Part shown: positions 51,001-63,000 of the stretch, one piece after another
How positions within the stretch are numbered: position 1 is the stretch's first letter
Layout of the letters: every line of letters begins with the position of its first letter
Source of the DNA: Eledone cirrhosa
Taxonomy: Eukaryota
Assembly (NCBI GenBank): GCA_964016885.1
Contig: OZ024765.1
Span: 7,316,001-7,380,000, forward strand
DNA length: 64,000 nt
Direction of reading: 5' to 3'
Made by a program: the position numbers and the translations under genes
Notes under the pieces: generated by a model
What the model was told of the DNA's origin: nothing
Database searches by the model: none
Seen by the model: only the letters and a program-made list of their open reading frames with translations

Positions 51001-54000
51001 GAACGGACGTAAAACGGTGATGATGATGATGATGATGTGTGAATGACTTCCAAGGCTTTGCTGAGGACATTGGTGCGATAAAAAAAGATATTGTAAATCT
51101 CTGCCATAGAGCTGGCTTCGATGGTGTTAATGATGATGATGTGCAAGACCTTTTGGAAAGCCACGCTGAACCACTGTCCAATGGTGAACTCATAGAACTA
51201 GACAAGGCGATACAGGAGACAGAAAAAGAAGAACCTGTGCGTGGCTTGGACATAAAAACTCTAAGAGAATGTCTTGGGAGTATCAAAACAATCTTAGAAA
51301 CACTGAAGGAGCGTGACCCCAACCCTGCCAGGAGCAGCAAAGTGGCTCAAGACGTCGAGAAAAGCGTCAAGATTTACCAAGAAATGTATGAAGCCAAAAG
51401 AAACACCGCCAAACAGTCCTCCATCTACTCTTTCTTCAAGCCAGTCACACCTGCCAACCGCGCTACAGCTGGCCCTTCAACATCCACTGCAGTCGACGAG
51501 TTTGTTGGTTTTGAGCCTCCCACATCACCCTCATCCTCCCCTGCCAACTCAGCCCAAGATGAGTAAGCACTGAAACCCATACTGTCCCTTAGCCTCGGGA
51601 GGAACAAATGAAGAGGCACATCATCTGATGGACTACGCGGCATGTCTAAGGTACAGTAAATAAAAAAAAAAACATTATTTCTTTTCTGTAGGGATGACTT
51701 TTTCGATGTGCTGGAACGCATCCCTATTTATTTCATGTTATAATGGGTTCTTTATACGGTAATTCGATATACGGTAAGGGTTTCAGAAACGCATATATAC
51801 CGTATATCGAGGACTCACTGTATATATATATATATCACAAAAGACTTACGGCGAAACTCTCTGCAATGGGTGTGAGGGATGATTTTTTTAACTGGTTGGA
51901 ATCCTTCATTCTCAGCCGAAAAGAGGTAGTCACGGTTCTAGGACAGCATTCGTCACCATATGAGATGTCATCTGGTGTACCACAGGGATCTGTTCTTGGT
52001 CCCCTTTTGTTTGTTGCATACATTAATGACATAGATGCCAACTTAAAGCATGGCGTGCGACCCTCTACCGATAGTGCCAATACACTGCCCCTATCGATCA
52101 GGTCCAGGTTTGTGTTTAACCTGTATGTATTTTCGTTTTTGTAGTATTAAGGTGATGGCATGCCTCCGGTCGCAATTTTCACTGTCACATATCTAGCTTA
52201 TTGTTTATTACTCTTAACAATAATTTATCAATTTATTGATATTGTCTCATTGAGTGCTTCGTGGCAGCCTCAGATAATTGATTTCGAAACTGCTAATCGC
52301 AGCTGCAACTTTGATTATACTCACTACTATTATTGTTTGGCAGTATCGGTAGAGGGTCGGACGCTATGCTTTGATGTATCGAGTTACGGCCCTTGCCCTT
52401 TATGATCTGAGTTCAAATCCCACCGAGGTTAACTTTGCCTTTCATCCTTACGGGGTCGATAAAATAAAGTACCAGTAATACACTGGGATAATTGCTGGCC
52501 TTGTGCCAAAAGTAGAAACAATTATTGTTATATATATATGCTTTGAAGCATAGAGTTACCTCCCTTTATGATCTGAGTTCAAATCCCGCCGAGGTTAACT
52601 TTGCCTTTCATCCTTACGGGGTCGATAAAATAAAGTACCAGTAATACACTGGGATAATTGCTGGCCTTGTGCCAAAAGTAGAAACAATTATTGTTATATA
52701 TATGCTTTGAAGCATAGAGTTACCTCCCTTTATGATCTGAGTTCAAATCCCACCGAGGTTAACTTTGCCTTTCATCCTTACGGGGTCGATAAAATAAAGT
52801 ACCAGTAATACACTGGGATAATTGCTGGCCTTGTGCCAAAAGTAGAAACAATTATTGTTATATATATGCTTTGAAGCATAGAGTTACCTCCCTTTATGAT
52901 CTGAGTTCAAATCCCGCCGAGGTTAACTTTGCCTTTCATCCTTACGGGGTCGATAAAATAAAGTACCAGTAATACACTGGGATAATTGCTGGCCTTGTGC
53001 CAAAAGTAGAAACAATTATTGTTATATATATATGCTTTGAAGCATAGAGTTACCTCCCTTTATGATCTGAGTTCAAATCCCACCGAGGTTAACTTTGCCT
53101 TTCATCCTTACGGGGTCGATAAAATAAAGTACCAGTAATACACTGGGATAATTGCTGGCCTTGTGCCAAAAGTAGAAACAATTATTGTTATATATATATG
53201 CTTTGAAGCATAGAGTTACCTCCCTTTATGATCTGAGTTCAAATCCCACCGAGGTTAACTTTGCCTTTCATCCTTACGGGGTCGATAAAATAAAGTACCA
53301 GTAATACACTGGGATAATTGCTGGCCTTGTACCAAAAGTAGAAACAATTATTGTTATATATATGCTTTGAAGCATAGAGTTACCTCCCTTTATGATCTGA
53401 GTCCAAATCCCGCCGAGGTTAACTTTGCCTTTCATCCTTACGGGGTCGATAAAATAAAGTACCAGTAATACACTGGGATAATTGCTGGCCTTGTACCAAA
53501 AGTAGAAACAATTATTGTTATATATATGCTTTGAAGCATAGAGTTACCTCCCTTTATGATCTGAGTCCAAATCCCGCCGAGGTTAACTTTGCCTTTCATC
53601 CTTACGGGGTCGATAAAATAAAGTACCAGTAATACACTGGGATAATTGCTGGCCTTGTGCCAAAAGTAGAAACAATTATTGTTATATATATGCTTTGAAG
53701 CATAGAGTTACCTCCCTTTATGATCTGAGTTCAAATCCCGCCGAGGTTAACTTTGCCTTTCATCCTTACGGGGTCGATAAAATAAAGTACCAGTAATACA
53801 CTGGGATAATTGCTGGCCTTGTGCCTAAAGTAGAAACAATTATTGTTATATATATGCTTTGAAGCATAGAGTTACCTCCCTTTATGATCTGAGTTCAAAT
53901 CCCACCGAGGTTAACTTTGCCTTTCATCCTTACGGGGTCGATAAAATAAAGTACCAGTAATACACTGGGATAATTGCTGGCCTTGTGCCTAAAGTAGAAA

Positions 54001-57000
54001 CAATTATTGTTATATATATATATATATATAAATATATGTATTTCACTTCAGCTGATGAAAACCATAGAGGACACCCCAAACTACAACCCTTGTTCTTCCC
54101 AGTCTGCTGTTATTGTTAGACCTGCTGTTGTTTCCACCACCCCTACTGTTGTTTCCACCACCCCTACTGTTGTTTCCACCACCCCTACTGTTGTTACCAC
54201 CACCCCTACTGTTGTTGACAGTACACATACTGTTGTTAGCGGCACCCGTTCTACTACTGCTTCACCTGCCATTACCGCTACCCCTTCCGCTACCATCACA
54301 CCTGAGAAGAAATACAAGAAGACACTATTTAGTAACATTGATGATACACATATTTTCTCCACAGACCTCCTGGTATGTATCTCTCAGTTTCTTCTTACTC
54401 TTCTCTTCATACAAACTGTTTTTTCTCTTTTTTTCAATTATGGTTTGCTTCCTTTTGAACGTATTCAGGACGTATCGGAGGGTTCTTGCTGTTCCCAGCA
54501 AGCATGCCTTTGGAAGTGTTCCAAAAAAACGGGGTTGGACTAATGTTCTTTAACCATCCTTGAAAACTCTTTGAGATAGTACCTAGTGCTCCTATGACAA
54601 TCGGGATGACCTTGATTTCATGACAGTCCCAAATCCTTTTTAACTCCCACTTTAAATCCTGGTATCGGTTAATTTTCTCCCTCTCCTTCTCTTGCACTCT
54701 CGTGTCAAAGGGGCAGGCTACATCTACAATCAGGCACAATCTTTTTTCCTTGTCCAAAACCACCAGGTCAGACCTATTGTGTTCCAGTTTCTTGTCCGTC
54801 TGTATCCTGAAATCCCACAGCACCTTCACTTGATTGTTTTCTATCACCGACTCTGGCTATTACTGTTTTTGTTGCTGTTGTTGTTGTTGTTGTTATTATA
54901 ATTAACTTGTTATTATTGTTATTATTATAGGATTGGCAGTATCGGTAGAGGGCCGGACGCCATGCTTTGACGCATAGAGTTACGGTGTTGGCCATTCTGA
55001 GTTCAAATCCCGCCGAGGTTAACTTTGCCTCTCATCCTTACGGGGTCGATAAAATAAAGTACCAGTAATGCACTGGGGTAATTGCTGGCCTTGTGCCAAA
55101 AGTAGAAACAATTATTATAATTATAAGGAGGGCGATGGATTGGCAGAGTCGGCAGAGAGTTGGACGCCATGCTTTGCAGCGTAGAGTTATGGCCCTTTGC
55201 GGTCTAAGTTCAAATCCTGCCATGGTTAAGTTTACCTTTCATCCATATGGGGGGTCAATAAAATAAAGTACCAGTAATGCACTGGGGTCGATTAATCGAA
55301 CCCCCCCCCCCCCCCAACAAAATTGGTGGCCTTGTGCCTAAAGTAGAAATTATTATTATTATTATTATTATCATCATTAATGTTGTCTTTGTTAATGTTA
55401 GACTTCCTTTTCAAATTAGTGCGGTGGATTGGCAGTATCGGTAGAGCGTCGGACGCCATGCTTTGTAGCAAGGAGCTACGGCCCTTTATGGTCTGAGTTC
55501 AAATCCCGCCGAGGTTAACTTTGTCCTTCATCCTTACGGGGTCGATAAAATAAAGCACCAGTCACTCACTGGGGTCGATTTCATCAACTTTTCCCTCCCC
55601 CCCCAAAATTTGCTGGCCTTGTGCCTACATAAGAAACCATTATTATTATCATCATAAGGGCCGTGGATTGGCAGTATCGGTGGAGGGTCGGACGTCATGC
55701 TTTCCAGCATAGAGTTACGTCCCTTTACGATCTGAGTTCAAATCCCGCCGAGGTTGACTTTGCCTTTCATCCTTACGGGGTCGATAAAATATGGTACCAG
55801 TAATGCACTGGGTAATTGCTGGCCTTGTGCCAAAAGTAGAAACAATTATTAATACCGGGGTTAGCTTTGCCTTTCATCCTTACGGGGTCGATAAAATATG
55901 GTACCAGTAATGCACTGGGTAATTGCTGGCCTTGTGCCAAAAGTAGAAACAATTATTAATACCGGGGTTAGCTTTGCCTTTCATCCTTACGGGGTCGATA
56001 AAATATGGTACCAGTAATGCACTGGGTAATTGCTGGCCTTGTGCCTAAAGTAGAAACAATTGTTATCATCATTAATGTTGTCTTTGTTAATGTTAGACTT
56101 CCTTTTCAAATTAGTGCACTATAATAGGAATTATTTTATTGTTATTTATGAATTACAACAGCAATTAATCTAAGACGTGGTATGAGGGTATTTAGCTGTA
56201 TTATGTACACCGGTGTACACCATTCTGAGTTCAAATCCCGCCGAGGTTAACTTTGCCTTTCATCCTTACGGGGTCGATAAAATAAAGTACCAGTAATGTA
56301 CTGGGTAATTGCTGGCCTTGTGCTAAAAGTAGAAACAATTATGTACACCGGTGAATTGGCACTATCGGTAGAGGGTTGGACGCCATGCATTCTAGCATAG
56401 TAACGTCCCTTTACAGTCTGAGTTCAAATCCCGCCGAGGTTGACTTTGCCTTTCATCTTTACGAGATCGATAAAATAAAGTACCAGTAATGCGCTGGGTA
56501 ATTGCTGGCCTTGTGCCTATAGTAGAAACAATTATGTATACTGTTTGGGGCTTGGTTTCTATAGGCGGCAAATTAACAGGGTTGTTAAGATGTCGGATAG
56601 AATGCTTTACATTATTTGTCCCACTGCATTGCACACTCTGAGTTCAAATCCCGCCAAGGTTAACTTTGCCTTTCATTCTTTCGAGGTCGATAGAAAGTGT
56701 ACCAGTCCAGTACTGGGGTCAATTCTTCCTCTATAGAAAAAATCGGCTGTGTTCAGTCCTGGAGAGGGTTGGGCTCCGCCAGGTTTGAAAGTGCCGTATG
56801 GCGGTGCCTCTACTGCTCCACAAGGAGTTATGGAATCTTTATCCATTATCCTATGGCTGGATGTCCTCCTGTTCTTTCTAAACACCAACCCATATACAGG
56901 GTGTACTGGGTGCTTTTTAGTTTAGCAATAGCACTGCCTCCTTACAGGGAGATCTGGGTGTTTATTATCATAGAAATTTTACTCATTCGATTAAACTCTG

Positions 57001-60000
57001 AATGATGTTACACCTCTGACTAAGGGTAATTTTAAATGTTAATCTTTTAAAAAAAAAAATTAATCTTTTTTAAAAAAAAACTGTTAATCTTTTTTTTTTT
57101 TTAAAACTGTTAATCTTTTTTTTTTTTAAAAACTGTTAATCTTTTTAAAAAAAATGTTGTTAATAGTTTTTCATTTTTTTAAAAATATTTAATTTTTTCC
57201 AGGACAGAGAAAGCTTTAATTAAATGTTAATCTTTAAAACAAACTGTTAATCTTTTTTTTTTAAATGTTAATCTTTTTAAAAAAAAATTTTTTTAATAGT
57301 TTTTCATTTTTCTAAAAAATATTTTAATTTTTTCCAGGACAGAGAAAGTATTATTGTTACCCCGAAACCTTTGAATTTGTTGGATCTGGGTAAAAACCTG
57401 GCTAAAGTTGCCTGTGAGATTGTTACCTGTAAGTTGTCCTTCACTGGTATTCAACCAACATACATATAATCACCTCCTTCCACCAGTTTCGGTTGGTCTG
57501 CCATTATTGTCATCATGATCATCATCTTTATCATCATCACCATTGTTATCATCATCATCATTACCAGCACCACTATTATTAGGGAGGGCATCCAACCATA
57601 GAAAATCTGCCAGAAGCAGGTCATCATCATCATCATCATCATCACCATTGTTATTGCTATAATGGTGTGACACACCTGTTTTGTGTACCTGTACGAAACG
57701 AGGGTCAAACCCAAGGTATTCACCAGGTGTAATTCCAAACTACCAACGAGAGACCAGTAAAAAGAAAGAAAGAATGGAGGCACATGGCTTAATGGTTAAA
57801 GCATTGGCCTTGCAATCGAAAGGTTGTGAGTTCAATTCTCAGACCGGGTGATGTGTTGTTTCCTTGAGCAAGACACTTTATTTCATATTGCTCCAGTTTA
57901 CTCAGCTGTAGAAATGAGATGATAGGGACTGGGGTCCTTATCATTCCACTGCAAAGTGGTTGTGGAGGTGCCACGGCAAAAAAGCACCCAGCACTCACTG
58001 TAAATGAGGTTGGTGTTAGGAAGGGCATCCAGCTGTAGAAATCAAGCCAGAATCAGTTCCCGTCCCACCCTTGCAAGCAGGGAAAAGCAGACGTAAAATG
58101 AAAAATGAAAGAAGTTTATAAGGGAGTCATAGTCATTTCTTGTTGCTTTCTTTATATGAATGAAGAAAACCCTGCCACTTTTACCTCCTTGCAGACAACT
58201 GACGCTGCAACACAAAGGCTAAACACAGAAGAGCCGAACTCCCACTGTTATCACCTCCATCTCTCTCACTCTCCCCATCTCTCTGTATTATGGGCAAATG
58301 AGGTCCCACAAGCTGGCCGCCCCACGCCCCCAGCGGACAAAATAGAGAAGGCGATACTCCGGAGAATGGCAAGGGAGAGGCGCTGGATGAGCCATTCCAT
58401 CGCGCGAGGCTCACACTTGCGGCTAGCCAGCTCAGCGCCTATGGTGGCAAGTAGGGAGGTAGCCCTGGAGGTCAAGGACACCAGAAGTCTCCACTGCTAC
58501 AGGTAGCCAGCTCAGCGCCTATGGTGGCAAGTAGGGAGGTAGCCCTGGGGTCAAGGATACCAGAAGTCTCCATTGCTACAGGTAGCCAGCTCAGCGCCTA
58601 TGGTGGCAAGTGGGGAGGTAGCCCTGGGGTCAAGGATACCAGAATTCGCCACTGCTACAGGTAGCCAGCTCAGTGCCTATGGTGGCAAGTAGGGAGGTAG
58701 CCCTGGGGTCAAGGACACCAGAAGTCTCCACTGCTACAGGTAGCCAGCTCAGCACCTATGGTGGTAAGTAGGGAGGTAGTTTTGGGGCCAAGGTCACCAG
58801 AAGTCTCCACTGCTACAGGTAGCCAGCTCAGTGCCTATGGTGGCAAGTAGGGAGGTAGCCCTGGGGTCAAGGATACCAGAAGTCTCCACTGCCACAGGTA
58901 GCCAGCTCAGCACCTATGGTGGTAAGTAGGGAGGTAGCCCTGGGGCCAAGGTCACCAGAAGTCTCCACTGCTACAGGTAGCCAGCTCAGCGCCTATGGTG
59001 GTAAGTAGGGAGGTAGCCCTGGGGCCAAGGTCACCAGAAGTCTCCACTGCTACAGGTAGCCAGCTCAGCACCTATGGTGGCAAGTAGGGAGGTAGCCCTG
59101 GGGCCAAGGTCACCAGAAGAGTCCACTACTAGGGACTCGACTGCAAACTTGTCGGAGAGCGATCAATACTTGGAGAGTTTACTCTCCTCAGCCTGACGTG
59201 CAGCAGAACCTGGGTTGGTTGCAGACTGCACCAGGTTGTGGCTGGAGAATGTGTCACGGGAAGTTACAATAAGACTCCGTACACACAGTCCCCATGACAG
59301 TTCACTTCAGTTCTTATTTATAGAGTTTCACCTAGTCCACTTTTAGTTATGCAGGGGTGTTCAGGTTTTTTTCCCCCCACAACTGTTATCATCATCATTG
59401 TTATCATCACCACCACCACAACTACCACTGCAACTACCACCACCACTGCTACAACTATCACCACCATTGCCACTACCACTACCACCATCATCACCTCACC
59501 ACTGCCACCACCACCACCACTACCACCATCACCACCACTATCATTACCTCCACCATCACCAGCACCACCGCCACAACTACCACAGCTACTACCACCACTA
59601 TCACCACTACCACCATCATCACCTCACCACCACCACCACTACCACCATCACCACCACTATTGTTACTTTCACCACCACTACCACCACCACCACCACCACC
59701 ACCACCACTACCACCACCACCACTACCACCATAATCACCTCACCACCACCACCACCACCTTCACCACCACTACCACCACCACCACCACTACCACCATCAT
59801 CACCTCACCACCACCACCACTACCACCACCACCACTACCACCACCACTACCACCATCATCACCTCACCACCACTACCACCACCACCACTACCACCATCAC
59901 CACCACCACCACTACCACCACCACCACTACCACCATCATCACCTCACCACCACCACCACTACCACCACCACCACTACCACCATCATTACCTCACCACCAC

Positions 60001-63000
60001 CACCACCACTACCACCATCATCACCTCACTACCACCACCACTATCACCACCACCACCACTACCACCACCACTACCACCACCACCACTACCACCATAATCA
60101 CCTCACCACCACCACCACCACCTTCACCACCACTGTTGTTACTTCCACCATCACCACCACCACCACCACCACCACTACCACCACCACTACCACCACCACT
60201 ACCACCACCACCATCACCTATAATCAATAAACCAATCAATGATAAATCCACATTATTTTTCTCTGTAGATGAAACTTTCTGGAAGGAAAGTTTTGGTTTG
60301 ACAACTCAAATCTTTAATACTTGTTTACCTGAAGAGGTAAGAATATTTATCTATAGTATATATATGTGTTGGCTTTTTTTTTTTCTAATCATATGCTTGG
60401 TTGTCACCAATCTGTCCAGCTCCTTTGACCACTAGTATATCAAAAGAAACCTGCATCTCCTCTGCATTTTGTCTGACGAGAACATCTTTTGGATTATGTT
60501 ATACATAAGCCTTGCATCTTTGAAATATCTATATTATATATAAAGTTGAAGTTCCTGTCTGTTTGTTTGTTTGTTCACGAACTCCTCCTATGGTTTTGGA
60601 GATAGACCCCCATAATCATATATATTCTGAAACTACATTGCCCAGCGTACTTGGATAAGTATATTTCATTTTAATCAAAGGGTTCCCTGGAGGCGCAAAG
60701 CCCTCCCCGCTGAAAATATTTTCCCTTCGATTTATATGAAATTTAAACCATAGGTAAATGACAAGATATGATGCCAATTCACAAAATTTCAGCAAATTTC
60801 AATAATATTAAGACACCCTAATGGGGGTTAAACCCCTTATTAGGGTTCCCCGGGGGCACAAACTCCCGCTGAAAATTTTTTCCCTTCGATTTATATGAAA
60901 TTTAAACCATAGGTAAATGACAAGAGTTTTGAATTGATATTTTGAAAAACATTATTTAGTGGATTGGCAGTATCGGTAGAGGGTCGGACGCCATGCTTTC
61001 CAGCATAGTTACGTCCCTTTACAATCTGAGTTCAAATCCCACCGAGGTTGACTTTGCCTTTCATCCTTACGGGGTCGATAAAATAAAGTACCAGTAATGC
61101 ACTGGGTAATTGCTGGCCTTGTGCGTAAAGTAGAAACAATTATTTACAAGAAAAAAAATAAGAATAAGATTTAATAATGTAATTTTGATTTGATGTATTA
61201 CAAAAAATGTTTTCCAATTTTTCATGCATTACATTTTACATTGAGTAATATTGAAATGCAGAGTTTTTCTCCATAAATTATATCACTGATTTAAAATCAA
61301 TCATCATTTTCTTACAAAAGAAATGTGTGAAACACAGCAAGGCGCGGGTAATTCGGCTAGTATATAATAAAATAAATAGAGATGATCTAAAGTAATTATC
61401 TTTTGTTTATTGTTTGTAGGCAACACGGTAAAAACCTCCCAGACCCACACTGTAAATGTGGTTGGTGTTAGGAAGGGCATCCAACTGTAGAAAACCTGCC
61501 AGACAGTCCTATGCGAGCAAGACAATCACTCTTGCCTCAAGTGGGACTACCCCCGTCCAAACCCATGCAAGCGTGGAACACGGACGTTAAACGTTGATGA
61601 TGATGATGATGATATATTAATAAAAGGAATTCCAGCTTTGTCTGATTTACTCGTTTTATTTACAATCCTTTAAAATTTATAATGGTATTAGAATGAAATA
61701 GTATGGTAGAATATTAAATGTTAAGTGTTAATTGAACAAGTACTTTCATGCTTTCGCAATCTTCAGGTTCATAATGTGTGGTGACAGTCAAGTTTGCAAT
61801 TTTCAACTGTGTCACCAAACTTGACTGTCACCACACATTATGAACCTGAAGATTGCGAAAGCATGAAAGTACTTGTTTAATTAACACTTAACATTTAATA
61901 TTCTACCATACTATTTCATTCTAATACCATTATAAATTTTAAAGGATTGTAAATAAAACGAGTAAATCAGACAAAGTTGGAATTCCTTTTATTAATATAA
62001 TCTTCTATACACAATCATACACACCCGTGTATATTTATCTATCTCTCTCTCTATATATATATATATATACACAGACACACAAAAATACACACTCACATAA
62101 GCATTCACATAAACACATACACAGCATAACAAATGGAACGCCAGCCGCTATTTTGCTATAGTTTTTTCACCACCCCCTTCCTTCCTTTTATACACACATA
62201 CATTCACGCAAGCAGCAGACGTAAAAAGAGAGGAGTAGTATGAGGTAGTCAAACTACCCCTCTCTCTTTATGTGTTGTGACAGAAACAGAGAAATTTATA
62301 TATAGATTTCTTTTTTTACTTGTTTATTATCATACATTTCTTTTTTTACTTGTTTATTATCATACATTTCTTTTTTTACTTGTTTATTATCATACATTTC
62401 TTTTTTTACTTGTTTATTATCATATGTATTTTTCCTCTTTCTGAAGATCATTAAATATGAGCCACCTGTAGAGACGTTTGAGAACAGCTTATCCGTGCAG
62501 AGTAGTGAAAAACATATTCAGAAACGGGAGGCGAAAGTGAGTTTGGATCAAGTGAAATTTATAATTTAAAAAAAAAAACCTTCACATCCTGTAATGATTT
62601 AGCAGAAAATATGACAAAAAAACCCAGTCCACCCTGTAATATATATATATAAGGCCGATTATATGATGCCTGTGTGAGGAGTGCGATGCTGCATGGTAGT
62701 GAGACATGGGCAGCAACTGCAGAGGATATGCGACGGCTGGAGAGAAATGAGGCAAGCATGCTCCGTTGGATGTGCAGTGTTAATGTGCGTGAACGACCGA
62801 GCATGGATGTGTTGAGAGAGAAACTGGGTCTAAGAGGGATAGACTGTAGTGTGCGGGAGAGAATACTGCGATGGTATGGACATGTGATGCGCATGGAGGA
62901 TGACCGATGGATGAAGAAGTGCCAGGAAATGCCAGTTGAAGGAAGACGTGGTAGAGGTAGACCACAAAAAACATGGGCGGAGGTGGTGAGAACAGACCTC

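Larger units (their letters stand above)
61613..61999. mobile_element. Near-perfect inverted repeat (184 bp arms, ~19 nt spacer), Penelope-like inverted pLTR pair
   Basis: Arms 61613-61796 and 61816-61999 with about 2 mismatches; each carries a hammerhead motif. Confidence 0.75.

Noticed and set aside
51836-52047. CR1 fragment ends at IDANLK, where the copies at 32420 and 35822 begin
   Set aside because: 16-20 kb apart in different contexts with no shared target duplication; probably coincidence.
54930-55020. tRNA-like A/B boxes
   Set aside because: SINE heads; no cloverleaf and they continue into the SINE body.
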